A DNA stretch of 64,000 nucleotides. Source: an uncultured Gemmatimonadales bacterium (GTDB lineage Bacteria; Gemmatimonadota; Gemmatimonadetes; Longimicrobiales; RSA9). The stretch lies in assembly GCA_963783305.1 (NCBI GenBank), contig CAWAMW010000016.1:704001-768000 (forward strand), written 5' to 3'. A program made the translations under genes and the position numbers. How positions within the stretch are numbered: position 1 is the stretch's first letter; every line of letters starts with the position of its first letter. Under the pieces are notes generated by a model. The model did no database searches and had not been told where the DNA came from. It saw only the letters and a list, made by a program, of their open reading frames with translations. Below, one piece after another: positions 11,658-21,108 of the stretch.

Positions 11658-12110
11658 ATGATCAGAGTGAAGGCGCCGTTGCTGTTGACTCTCTTCCTCG
11701 TCGCGGCGAGCGGCTGCGGGGGGAGCAGGAGGGACACGACGCAGACGGCGGCCCAGGGGTCGCCCGGTCCGGCGTTGACGGTCGAGCGATTCCTGCAGGC
11801 GGCAAACGCGAATGATCTGGAAACCATGATGCAGCTGTTCGGTACGGCCGACCGCACGATCGTCCAGATCGACGGACAGGCGCGGGCGGAGCGCCGGATG
11901 TATGTGCTCGCGACGCTCCTGCACCACGACGATTACACGATCGTGAGCCAGGCTGGGGTGCCCGGTCGGATGAAGGACGCCACGGAGCTCCAGGTCCGGC
12001 TGCGGCGGGGGGACAGGAGCGTGGTAGTGCCGCACATGGTGGTGCGGAAGAAGGGTGGTGGCTGGATCATCGAGAAGATCGACATCGAGAAGCTGACGCA
12101 GAGCTCGTAG
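11658..12110 (+). CDS. hypothetical lipoprotein
   Basis: Hydrophobic signal ending ASGC; plausible globular body. Confidence 0.7.
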   Translation: MIRVKAPLLLTLFLVAASGCGGSRRDTTQTAAQGSPGPALTVERFLQAANANDLETMMQLFGTADRTIVQIDGQARAERRMYVLATLLHHDDYTIVSQAGVPGRMKDATELQVRLRRGDRSVVVPHMVVRKKGGGWIIEKIDIEKLTQSS

Positions 12111-12154
12111 GGCGGCGCCAGCGCACCGGAAGCGGCGTGATCCGTGCCTCGAAA

Positions 12155-12170
12155 TGGCCGGATACTTGCG
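12155..12170 (+). promoter_or_regulatory. putative sigma54 promoter of trxA
   Basis: TGGCCGGATACTTGCG = TGG-N10-GC with TTGC, about 43 nt before the ATG. Confidence 0.5.
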
Positions 12171-12212
12171 TCGATTCTCCGGTGGAATCATGAACGCATC
12201 AGGGGGTTGGAC

Positions 12213-12551
12213 ATGGCAGACAACGGTGGAACGCCGATCGCGGTAGATGATGGATCGTTCGGGACCGAAATCGAGGGCAGCGAAGGGCTGGCCATGGTGG
12301 ATTTCTGGGCAGAATGGTGCGGTCCGTGCCGGATGGTGGGTCCGATCGTGGAGCAGCTGGCGACGGAGTACGAGGGTCGGGTGAAGGTGGGCAAGCTGGA
12401 TGTGGACGCGAACCAGCAGACGGCCATGCGCTTCAACATCCGGTCGATCCCGAGCATCCTGTTCTTCAAGGATGGGAAGCACGTCGACACGGTGGTGGGG
12501 GCGGTGCCCAAGCCGATGCTCGAGCGGAAGATCACCGAGCACCTCGGGTAA
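12213..12551 (+). CDS. trxA: thioredoxin
   Basis: VDFWAEWCGPCRM active site; IRSIP cis-Pro. Confidence 0.97.
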   Translation: MADNGGTPIAVDDGSFGTEIEGSEGLAMVDFWAEWCGPCRMVGPIVEQLATEYEGRVKVGKLDVDANQQTAMRFNIRSIPSILFFKDGKHVDTVVGAVPKPMLERKITEHLG

Positions 12552-12576
12552 GCGTACCCGGGGAACCGCAGGTAAT

Positions 12577-12606
12577 GCGGGGCAGGGGCGAACGCCCCTG
12601 CCCCGC
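12577..12606. terminator. GC-rich hairpin after trxA (terminator or RNA-stabilising stem)
   Basis: Perfect inverted repeat GCGGGGCAGGGGCG-AA-CGCCCCTGCCCCGC; weak U tract. Confidence 0.55.
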
Positions 12607-12631
12607 TCGCTATTTCACCGTACGGTGAGTC

Positions 12632-13462
12632 ATGGCTCGTCTCTACATTGTCAGCACCCCCATCGGGAACCTCTCGGATATGACGTATCGGGCCGTGGAG
12701 GTGCTCCGCGGCGTCTCGCGGATCCTGGCGGAGGACACGCGGCGGACCAGCGTGCTCCTGCGGCGGTACGACATCGAGAACCGGATGGTGTCGGCTCACG
12801 AACACAACGAGGCGGGCCGGGCCGGCCAGGTCGTGTCATGGCTGGATGCGGGGGACGACCTGGCGCTGGTTTCCGACGCGGGAACGCCGCTCCTCTCCGA
12901 CCCGGGCGCCCGCCTGGTGGAGGCCGCGGTGGCGGGCGGCCACGAGGTCGTGCCGATCCCGGGGGCATCGGCTGCCCTGGCGGCGCTGGTGGTGTCGGGA
13001 CTCCCGGCGGAGCCCTTCACGTTCTTCGGGTTCGTGGCCCGTAGCGGAGCGGCGCGTACGGACCGGCTCGCGGAGCTGGCGACGCTCCCGCACACGGCGG
13101 TCCTCTACGAGAGCCCGGAGCGGCTGGTCCGTCTGCTCGAGCAGCTGGGGGAGCGGTCGTCGGCGGAGCGCCGCGTGGCGGTATCACGAGAGCTCACGAA
13201 GCTTCATGAGGAGCACGTGCGAGGCACTCTGGATGAGGTGGCCGCACACTACAGGGAGCGGGGGGTGAAGGGGGAGGTGGTGGTGGTGCTCGAGGGGGCT
13301 GCGGCTGCGCCTGCCGAGGTGGACGAGGCAGCCGCCGCAGCGCTCGCGGGCGCGCTGCTCGACGCGGGTCAGCGGCCGAGCGTGGTGGCGAAGGAGGTTG
13401 CGCGGCGGCTGGGGGTGCCGCGCAACCGGGCCTACGACATCGTGCAGGGCCTCAGCGGGTGA
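12632..13462 (+). CDS. rsmI: 16S rRNA (cytidine1402-2'-O)-methyltransferase
   Basis: LYIVSTPIGNL.D, AEDTR, VSDAGTPLLSDPG, YESP.R, RELTKLHEE. Confidence 0.97.
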   Translation: MARLYIVSTPIGNLSDMTYRAVEVLRGVSRILAEDTRRTSVLLRRYDIENRMVSAHEHNEAGRAGQVVSWLDAGDDLALVSDAGTPLLSDPGARLVEAAVAGGHEVVPIPGASAALAALVVSGLPAEPFTFFGFVARSGAARTDRLAELATLPHTAVLYESPERLVRLLEQLGERSSAERRVAVSRELTKLHEEHVRGTLDEVAAHYRERGVKGEVVVVLEGAAAAPAEVDEAAAAALAGALLDAGQRPSVVAKEVARRLGVPRNRAYDIVQGLSG

Positions 13463-13985
13463 CGTCCACGTCGCCGCGGAGCCAGGTGCGGGGGCCGAAC
13501 GATGGCTGGCCGAGGGCGCCGGCATCCACCGCGACGGTCCCGCGCAGCGCGTACTCGATGGAGCCGCGTCGCACCGCTTCCATGAGCCGATCCGCCAGGT
13601 CCGGCACCTCGGCGAAGCTGAGGGTCAGGTTGAGCGGGATGACCGTGTCCTGACCAGCCTGCAGCGGGAGTCCCAGTGGGAGGTCCACATCGGCGGCCCG
13701 CTGCTCGCTCAGGAGCACGGTGCCGGAGAGCCGGGAGAGGGTGAAGCCCAGGGGGTTCGGGTTCCCGACCCGGGCCCAAACCTGGATCTCTGCGCCGCCG
13801 AGGGGGCGTCCCAGCGACGGCCCGAGGAGCCGGATGTTCGAGCCGCGGTCCTGGGCGAGCTCGAAGACGGGCGCCTGCACGACCTGACCGAGGCTCGCGC
13901 ACCCGCTGAGGCCTGCAGCGCCCAGGGCGAGAGCTGCGAGCGCGGTGAGCGTACGGCTGGGACTGCGGCGGCGAGTGTGTGTCAT
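13452..13985 (-). CDS. LEA type 2 (WHy-domain-like) lipoprotein
   Basis: Signal with LSGC lipobox; VGNPNPLGFTL (NPN motif) and beta-rich body. Confidence 0.8.
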   Translation of the reverse strand: MTHTRRRSPSRTLTALAALALGAAGLSGCASLGQVVQAPVFELAQDRGSNIRLLGPSLGRPLGGAEIQVWARVGNPNPLGFTLSRLSGTVLLSEQRAADVDLPLGLPLQAGQDTVIPLNLTLSFAEVPDLADRLMEAVRRGSIEYALRGTVAVDAGALGQPSFGPRTWLRGDVDVTR

Positions 13986-14042
13986 GCCTTTGTGCTCCGA
14001 GAGGACCCGGCGCCCCGGTCGGGCACCGCTGGCGTCCGCAGG

Positions 14043-14058
14043 TGCAACCGCCGTGCCC
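14043..14058 (-). promoter_or_regulatory. sigma54 promoter of the LEA_2 gene
   Basis: GGGCACGGCGGTTGCA matches the GGCACG-N4-TTGCA consensus core exactly. Confidence 0.7.
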
Positions 14059-14118
14059 GTCAGCCGCGCCCGGGTCCGCTGCTGGCGCCCCCAACTCCCG
14101 CAGCCGCGCCGGATTCCG

Positions 14119-15093
14119 CTATTCCAGCGCCGCCTGCTCGGCGCGGAGAGTGATCTCCAGCCCCTCCCGGAATGGCCGCGGCTCCCAGCCCAGCTCGCGC
14201 CGGGCCTTTGCATCGCTGGCGAAGTAGGTGGAGCCGGCGGCGACCCGGAGCGTCTCCGGATGGTAGGTAGGCGGCAGCGGAACCACGCGGGCCACGGGCC
14301 GCAATAGCATGGAAGAGGCGCGGGCGAGCCAGGGCGGGAGGACCATCCTGGGCGGGGCTTTGCCGGTGATATCGCTGGCCACCCCGAGGGCCTCCGACCA
14401 GTACATGCACGGGCCCGCAATGTTGTAGCTCTCACCGACTTCGCCGCGCTCCATGGCGAGGATATGGCCGCGGGCGGTGTCCTCGACGAACGACCAGCAG
14501 CCCCCCTGCTTCGGGACCACTGGCAGGCGGCCCCGCAGGAAGTCCCTCAGTACGAGCCCTACGTTGCTGTGGTCGCCCGGGCCGTGCACCAGCCCGGGCT
14601 GCACGATGACGAGCGGCAGCCCGGCTTCCACCATGGGGAGCGCGACCTCGTAATGCGCCAGCCATTTCGTGCGGTCGTACTCGCTCAGCCAGGGACCGTC
14701 CATCCTGTAGCCCTCGTCTACCACCGCGCCATCGGTGTCGCCGTAGACGGCCACCGTGCTGGTGTAGACGATCTTCGGCACGGCGAGGTCGCGGGCGGCC
14801 TCCAGCACGTTGCGGGTCCCGTCCATGTTGATGGCGTGTGCCATGGCGCGATCTCTGGCGCCGAGCTTGTACCACGCGGCAAGGTGGAATACGCCGTCGA
14901 CGCCCTCCATGGGGCCGCGTAGGGTGTCGGGCTCGGTAATATCTCCGGGTGCGAGCTCGACGCCCAGCTCGCGGAGCGCGAGCGCCTTCTCCGGGGTCCG
15001 GACCAGTGCCACAATCTCGTGACTATCCGCCAGGAGCTGACGCGCCACGTGGCCGCCAATGAACCCGGTGGCACCCGTCAGGAAGTATCTCAT
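14119..15093 (-). CDS. NAD-dependent epimerase/dehydratase (dihydroflavonol-reductase-like extended SDR)
   Basis: TGATGFIG, FHLAA, YTST, YDRTK (YxxxK). Confidence 0.92.
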   Translation of the reverse strand: MRYFLTGATGFIGGHVARQLLADSHEIVALVRTPEKALALRELGVELAPGDITEPDTLRGPMEGVDGVFHLAAWYKLGARDRAMAHAINMDGTRNVLEAARDLAVPKIVYTSTVAVYGDTDGAVVDEGYRMDGPWLSEYDRTKWLAHYEVALPMVEAGLPLVIVQPGLVHGPGDHSNVGLVLRDFLRGRLPVVPKQGGCWSFVEDTARGHILAMERGEVGESYNIAGPCMYWSEALGVASDITGKAPPRMVLPPWLARASSMLLRPVARVVPLPPTYHPETLRVAAGSTYFASDAKARRELGWEPRPFREGLEITLRAEQAALE

Positions 15094-15103
15094 GATCGGA
15101 GCA

Positions 15104-16468
15104 TTACTCCCCGCCGTCGAGGTAGTGCAGGACCACGGCGGTCATGGTGCGGATCCCCACGGGGATGGCGCCGTCATCGCCCGTGTAGGTGGGGGTGTGG
15201 AGGCCGCCGGAGGTGGTGCCGGGGCGGGTGGTGCCCAGGCGGTAGTAGAAGCCCGGGATCTCGCGGGCGAAGTAAGCGAAGTCCTCGGCCGTGGCGGTGG
15301 GCGGGAGGACGTGGACCTTGTCGTCGCCCACGACCCGGGCCAGGGCGGGGGCGACACGGGCGCCCAGGTCGAGATCGTTGACGGTGACGGGTACCACGCG
15401 CTGGTAGTCGAGCTCGTAGGAGCCGCCGCCGGCGCGGCTGATCCCATCCAGGATCTCGTTCATGCGGCGCTCCACCACGTCCTGCACCGCGGGATCGAAC
15501 GTCCGGACCGTGCCGGAGAGCTCGACGCGGCCGGGGATGATGTTGTTGCGCTCGCCGCCGTGGAAGGTGCCGACGGTCACCACCCCGGGCGCCAGCGGGT
15601 CCATGGTGCGCGACCGGATGGTCTGGAGCGCGAGCACCGCCTGTGATGCCATGACAATGGGATCTATGGACTCGTGGGGGCGGGCGCCGTGGGCCTGCTC
15701 GCCGTGGAGGACCGCGCGCCAGGTGTCGGCTGCGGCCATGGCCGGACCGGGGACGTACCCCACCTCGCCCACCTCCAGGGAGGGGATGGTGTGGAGGCCG
15801 AAGATGACCTCGGGGGCCGGGTCGGCGAAGACCCCTTCTTTCAGCATGAGCGGAGCGCCGCCCTCCTCGCCGGCGGGCGGGCCCTCCTCCGCCGGCTGGA
15901 AGATGAAGACCACGGTGCCCGGCAGCTCGGCGCGCATATCCGCCAGCACGCTGGCAGTGCCGAGCCCCACGGCCACGTGGATGTCGTGACCGCAGGCGTG
16001 CATGACGCCCACTTCCTGGCCCTCGTAGGTGGTGCGCTTCGTGGACGCGAACGGGAGCCCGGTCGCTTCGGTGACCGGGAGCGCGTCCATGTCCGCCCGC
16101 ACGGCCACGACGGGGCCCGGTCGCCCGCCGCGGAGGATGCCCACCACGCCGGTGTGGGCGACGCCCGTCCGGACCTCATCGAAGCCGAGCGCCCGGAGGT
16201 GCTCCGCGACGAGCGCGGCGGTCTCCGTCTCGCGGTTGCTGAGCTCCGGGTTCCGATGGATCGTGTGACGGACGTCGACGGCCTCAGCCGCGCGTCGCTC
16301 GACGAGGGGCTCGATGTCGGGAGTCTGGGCGGCCCCGAGGGTCGGAGCGAGGCTCGCCGTGAAGACGAGCGCGGGTATGACAAAACGGCCGGCGGAGCTG
16401 ACGAGAGCCGGGAAAAGCCTTCGGAACGGGAGTCGGGACATGGTCACCTGTAGCGCTCGGGTCGTCAT
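15104..16468 (-). CDS. M20 family amidohydrolase, probably exported
   Basis: HRNPELSNRE, RADMDAL, MHACGHD, FQPAEEG, AEDF; N-terminal signal-like segment; start uncertain. Confidence 0.92.
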   Translation of the reverse strand: MTTRALQVTMSRLPFRRLFPALVSSAGRFVIPALVFTASLAPTLGAAQTPDIEPLVERRAAEAVDVRHTIHRNPELSNRETETAALVAEHLRALGFDEVRTGVAHTGVVGILRGGRPGPVVAVRADMDALPVTEATGLPFASTKRTTYEGQEVGVMHACGHDIHVAVGLGTASVLADMRAELPGTVVFIFQPAEEGPPAGEEGGAPLMLKEGVFADPAPEVIFGLHTIPSLEVGEVGYVPGPAMAAADTWRAVLHGEQAHGARPHESIDPIVMASQAVLALQTIRSRTMDPLAPGVVTVGTFHGGERNNIIPGRVELSGTVRTFDPAVQDVVERRMNEILDGISRAGGGSYELDYQRVVPVTVNDLDLGARVAPALARVVGDDKVHVLPPTATAEDFAYFAREIPGFYYRLGTTRPGTTSGGLHTPTYTGDDGAIPVGIRTMTAVVLHYLDGGE

Positions 16469-16656
16469 CGGGGGAAGGGGTCGAAGCTAGCCCGGCGGCA
16501 GGACTGGCACCAGCGGGGTCCGCGTCCCTCCCCCTGATGGGCGGCCGCCGTTAGACTCACTCCGGCGTAGCGTACCGACACCGGCGCAGGGTCGACGGCG
16601 GCTGGAGTCGCGCCGGCCACAGGCCCCTCAGCCCACGTCCAATCCAGAGGAACCGA

Positions 16657-17283
16657 ATGGCCCACGAGAAAGTCCTGCGGGAAGCGGTGATCGCTCCCAG
16701 TGCGGTCCGCTACAAGGTACTGGCCGACGCGGCGACCCTCGCCGCGTCGATCGTGGGAATCGCGATCCTGCCGCTCTCCGTGCCGATCACAACGTGGTAC
16801 TACCGTCGCTACTACGCCAACCTGCGGGTGCGGCTGACGACGCGGGAGATCAAGGTCGACCGGGGAGTGCTGGTGCGGGAGGAGAAATCGATCCCGCTGG
16901 AGAAGATCACCGACCTGGCCGTCTACCAGGGCCCGATCATGCGGTGGATGGACCTCAAGGGAATCCGGGTCGAGACCGCGGGGCAGTCGGGTGGGGGATC
17001 GGCGCTGGTGAGCATCGTGGGGCTCGACGACACCGACGGATTCCGTGACCGCGTCCTGGCTCAGCGGGACCGCATCGCTGATCGGGATGACGGCGTGGCG
17101 GGGTCCACGGGCGCGGGGTCCGGGAGCGGCGTGGGGGCGGGGGAGGCCACGGTGGTGTCGGACGCCGATCAGAGCGGTGAGCTGCCGGACGCGGCGCGGG
17201 AGCGGGACGCCGCGCTGCTGGAGTTGGTGACGGAGATACGGGACCTGCTGCGTGGGCTGGAGTCGTCGCGGGCGGAGCATTGA
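16657..17283 (+). CDS. membrane-anchored bacterial PH-domain (bPH_2-like) protein
   Basis: N-terminal TM segment; RGVLVREEKSIPLEKITDL..QGPIMR..L..I.VETAG pattern. Confidence 0.8.
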   Translation: MAHEKVLREAVIAPSAVRYKVLADAATLAASIVGIAILPLSVPITTWYYRRYYANLRVRLTTREIKVDRGVLVREEKSIPLEKITDLAVYQGPIMRWMDLKGIRVETAGQSGGGSALVSIVGLDDTDGFRDRVLAQRDRIADRDDGVAGSTGAGSGSGVGAGEATVVSDADQSGELPDAARERDAALLELVTEIRDLLRGLESSRAEH

Positions 17284-17353
17284 CCTCGCCTTTCCGGGCG
17301 GCACCCATTAGACTCCACCTTTCGGTTTACCTTCGCCTCGATCCCAGAGCCGC

Positions 17354-19963
17354 ATGCCCCGCGTCCTGCACCTGACGAAGTCCGCCGCCGGCGCCATCCG
17401 CCACGAGATCGAGAAGGCGAAGGGCAACGAGGTGTGCTTCATTGCGGCGGTGGCGGAGAACGGAGCGGTGAAGGGGCCGCGGGCGGTGGCGCGGGGGAAC
17501 CGCTCGGCGGTGCTGGCGGCGGTGCGGGATGCGGACCGGGGCTCGCTGGTCATCCACAACCATCCCTCGGGGGTGCTGGAGCCGAGCGATGCGGATCTGA
17601 ACGTGGCCTCGGAGCTGTACGCGGGTGGCCTGGGGATGGCGATCTGCGACAACGAGGCGCGGGAGCTGTACGTGGTGGTGGATCCACCGCGTGAGAAGGA
17701 GATGTCGGAGCTGGACGGAGACGAGGTGGCGGCGGTGCTCGCGCCGGGTGGAGCCATCTCCGAGCTGCACGGCAACTATGAGGATCGGCCGACGCAGCGG
17801 GACATGGCGCGGGAGATCGCGGCGGTCTACAACCGGGGCGGAGTCCTGGTGGCGGAGGCGGGGACGGGGACGGGCAAGAGCATCGCGTACCTGATCCCCG
17901 CGGTGAAGTGGGCGGTGCTGAACCGGGAGCGGACGGTGGTGTCCACGAACACCATCAACCTCCAGGAGCAGCTGGTGACGAAGGACCTGCCGTTCCTGCG
18001 GAAGGCGCTGGATCTTCCGTTCAAGTACGCGCTGGTGAAGGGTCGCCAGAACTACATCTCGATCCGGCGGGCGCGGCTGGCCATGGACACGGGGCTGGCG
18101 CTGGTGGAGGGGCCGGAGCAGCGGGAGCTGAAGGCGCTGGAGGAGTGGCTGGAGACCACGAAGGACGGGTCGCTCCAGGACCTGCCGTTCGAGCCGTCGC
18201 GTGAGGTGTGGGACGAGGTCGAGAGCAGCAGCGACGTGTGCATTCGCGCGCGCTGCCCCCATTTCGACGAGTGCTTCTACCAGAATGCGCGGCGGTCGGC
18301 TTCGGGCGCCGACATCCTTGTGGTGAATCACCATTTGCTGTTCAGCGACCTGGCGGTACGGCGGATCCAGGGCAACTACACGGCGCCCGCGGTGCTCCCG
18401 CCCTACCGGCGAGTGGTGCTGGATGAGGCGCACAACCTGGAGGATGCCGCCACGAGCCACCTTGGGGCGGCGGTGTCCCGGCGGGGCCTGTTCCGGCTTT
18501 TGAGCCGGATCGACCGACGCGGCAAGGGTGTGCTCCGGGCGGTGGAAGAGCGGCTCATGATGCTGGACACGGGTCAGACCCGGAAGGACACGCTGAGCCG
18601 GATCGACCGTGAGGTGCGCCCGGACGTATCGAACGCGAAGCAGCGGTCGGCGGAGCTGTTCAGCCGGCTGGAGTCGGTGGTGGCGCGGCAGCAGGACGGG
18701 GTGTTGCGGCTGGCGGACGGCTTCGAGAAGGAGCAGGGGTGGGAGGGACTGGTGTCGCCGGCGCTCCAGGACCTTTTGATCGTCCTGGACCGGCTGGCGC
18801 GGGGGCTGGACGCGATCCGTGAAGCGGTCCTGAACGACCGGAAGGCGACGGAGAAGCTGGAAGACCAGCTCGTGGAGGTGAACGCGGTGGCGGGTCGCGT
18901 GCGGGCGCAGGCGGATGGGCTCCGGATGGCGCTCGTGCCCGGCGAGGAGGTGGTTCCGCTGGTGCGGTGGCTGGAGCGCCGTGGAGGCGGCCGGACGCAG
19001 GAGCCGAACATCGTGGCGTGCGGGGCACCGATCGAGCTGGGGCAGGTGCTGCGGGAAGCGCTGTGGGAGCCCGTGGACACGGCGGTCCTCACATCGGCCA
19101 CGCTGAGCACTCGCGACGGCTTCGATTTCGTGACCGGTCGCCTGGGGCTGGACCGCGGGCCGCGGGTGCGGGAGGCGCAGTACCCGAGCCCGTTCGATTT
19201 CAGTTCACAGACGATGGTGGCGGTCCCGACGAACGTCCCGCGCCCGGGGCGTGAGCACGACAGCGCTACGGCCACGGTCATCGCGGAGCTGGCGGCCATG
19301 AGCGGTGGCGGCATCTTCGGGCTCTTCACGAGCTACCGGTCGCTGCGGAACGTGTCCGGAGAGCTGCGGCAGCGCGGGACCGACGGCCGCTGGCCGCTTT
19401 TCGTCCAGGGGGAGTCACCGCGCGGTGAGCTGGTGCGGCGGTTCACCGAGAACGGGAACGGCATCCTCCTCGGGGTGGCGTCGTTCTGGGAGGGTGTGGA
19501 TGTGCCGGGCGACCCGCTCCGGGGACTGGTCATCGCCAAGCTGCCGTTCCGGGTGCCGAGCGAGCCGCTCACGGCGGCGCGGATGGAGGCGCTGGAGCGG
19601 GATGGCGGCAACGCGTTCTACCAGTACATGCTCCCCCACGCCGCACTCCGCCTGAAGCAGGGATTCGGCCGACTGATCCGGTCCAGCTCCGATCGTGGGG
19701 CCGTGGTGCTCCTGGACAACCGGGTAATGGAGAAATCGTATGGACGCTACTTCCTGGAGTCGCTGCCGCCGGCGCCGGTGCGGACCGGCCACTGGTCGGA
19801 GTTGAGCGCGGAGCTTCGGGAGTTCTACGCGAGGATCGATGACCGTGGAACGAACAGGGGTCGTCGAGCCTCGGACCACGAGGAGGGTATATTGGTCGGT
19901 GAGCCGGAGCCGAGTGCGCGGGCCATGGCGCTCCGTGACAGCCAGGAGGAGAGTAGATCGTGA
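17354..19963 (+). CDS. dinG: DinG-family helicase with N-terminal JAB/RadC-like domain
   Basis: N-terminal E...HNHPSG...PSDAD; Q motif RPTQ, EAGTGTGKS, DEAH, TSATL, FWEGVD, QGFGRLIR. Confidence 0.92.
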   Translation: MPRVLHLTKSAAGAIRHEIEKAKGNEVCFIAAVAENGAVKGPRAVARGNRSAVLAAVRDADRGSLVIHNHPSGVLEPSDADLNVASELYAGGLGMAICDNEARELYVVVDPPREKEMSELDGDEVAAVLAPGGAISELHGNYEDRPTQRDMAREIAAVYNRGGVLVAEAGTGTGKSIAYLIPAVKWAVLNRERTVVSTNTINLQEQLVTKDLPFLRKALDLPFKYALVKGRQNYISIRRARLAMDTGLALVEGPEQRELKALEEWLETTKDGSLQDLPFEPSREVWDEVESSSDVCIRARCPHFDECFYQNARRSASGADILVVNHHLLFSDLAVRRIQGNYTAPAVLPPYRRVVLDEAHNLEDAATSHLGAAVSRRGLFRLLSRIDRRGKGVLRAVEERLMMLDTGQTRKDTLSRIDREVRPDVSNAKQRSAELFSRLESVVARQQDGVLRLADGFEKEQGWEGLVSPALQDLLIVLDRLARGLDAIREAVLNDRKATEKLEDQLVEVNAVAGRVRAQADGLRMALVPGEEVVPLVRWLERRGGGRTQEPNIVACGAPIELGQVLREALWEPVDTAVLTSATLSTRDGFDFVTGRLGLDRGPRVREAQYPSPFDFSSQTMVAVPTNVPRPGREHDSATATVIAELAAMSGGGIFGLFTSYRSLRNVSGELRQRGTDGRWPLFVQGESPRGELVRRFTENGNGILLGVASFWEGVDVPGDPLRGLVIAKLPFRVPSEPLTAARMEALERDGGNAFYQYMLPHAALRLKQGFGRLIRSSSDRGAVVLLDNRVMEKSYGRYFLESLPPAPVRTGHWSELSAELREFYARIDDRGTNRGRRASDHEEGILVGEPEPSARAMALRDSQEESRS

Positions 19964-20589
19964 AGCCTAGCAAGATCGTTTGTGTGGGTCGGAACTACGT
20001 GAAGCACGCCGAGGAGCTGGGGAACGTGGTGCCGGAGCAGCCGCTGCTGTTCCTGAAGCCGCCGTCGGCGATCATCGGGGAGGGGGAGGAGATCGTGCGG
20101 CCGCCGGAGTCATCGCGGGTGGAGCACGAGGGGGAGATCGGGGTCGTCATCGGGCAGCGCTGCCGGAAGGTGTCGGAGTCGGAGGCCATGGAGTACGTGG
20201 CGGGCTACCGCGCGCTGAACGACGTGACGGCGCGGGACCTCCAGCGGGCGGACAACCAGTGGTCGCGGGCGAAGGGCTTCGACACGTTCTGCCCTCTGGG
20301 CCCCCTGGCGCCTGCCGAGGACGGGGACCCGGCCGAGCTGGAGGTCAGGTGCATGGTGGATGGGGACCAGCGACAGCACGGGGTCGCCCGGGACATGGCG
20401 TTCCCCATCCCGTTCCTCGTCAGCTACATCAGCGGGATCATGACGCTGGAGCCCGGGGACGTGATCGCCACGGGAACGCCGGAGGGTGTGGGTGAGCTGC
20501 CGGCGGGGTCGGAGGTGGTGGTGGAGGTCCGGCTGGGAGGCAGTGTGCTGTCGTCGGTAAGAAACCGTGTGATCGACGGGGAGCGATAG
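19960..20589 (+). CDS. fumarylacetoacetate hydrolase family protein
   Basis: KIVCVGRNY..H, FLKP, EGE, NDVTARD, KGFDTFCP, TGTP.GVG. Confidence 0.95.
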   Translation: MKPSKIVCVGRNYVKHAEELGNVVPEQPLLFLKPPSAIIGEGEEIVRPPESSRVEHEGEIGVVIGQRCRKVSESEAMEYVAGYRALNDVTARDLQRADNQWSRAKGFDTFCPLGPLAPAEDGDPAELEVRCMVDGDQRQHGVARDMAFPIPFLVSYISGIMTLEPGDVIATGTPEGVGELPAGSEVVVEVRLGGSVLSSVRNRVIDGER

Positions 20590-20631
20590 GAGGAGGCGCG
20601 GCATCTACTCAGCGGCCTCGCTGGCGCGTCC

Positions 20632-20979
20632 TCAGGCGGTGAGGATGGCGAGGAGGAGGGCGTAGAGGAGGGCGGCGATGGTCGAGGGCAGGGTGTCAGC
20701 CGCGCCGCCGGTGGTGGAGCGGCGCTGGCGGAGCAGGGCGCCGAACCCCGCCGCCGCCAGTGGCACGATGAGGAACCCGCCCACCAGCCCGAAGAAGAGC
20801 GTGGCCAGCATGGCGTCCCATACTCCTGCGGGCCCGCGGGCGGTGCCGCCGAACGGGAGCGGGAAGCGGTAGACGAGTGCCACGACACCGGCCGCCGGGA
20901 ACATGAGGAGCCCGGCATAGAGGGCGTCGCGGATACCGGGTCGGGAGTCGAGCCCCGGCGAAGTGGGTTCGGTGCTCAT
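20632..20979 (-). CDS. hypothetical membrane protein
   Basis: Three hydrophobic segments; GAGGG upstream of the ATG. Confidence 0.6.
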   Translation of the reverse strand: MSTEPTSPGLDSRPGIRDALYAGLLMFPAAGVVALVYRFPLPFGGTARGPAGVWDAMLATLFFGLVGGFLIVPLAAAGFGALLRQRRSTTGGAADTLPSTIAALLYALLLAILTA

Positions 20980-21108
20980 CCCTCATCATGGCCCCGAGGC
21001 GAGGGCCGGTCAACGGCGGTGTGTTCGGGAAGGCCAGGTCTCCGGGATTGCCTTCCTCGCGTCATCCCGTACCATACCCGGTGACTCACAGCCGACGCAG
21101 AGGAGCCC

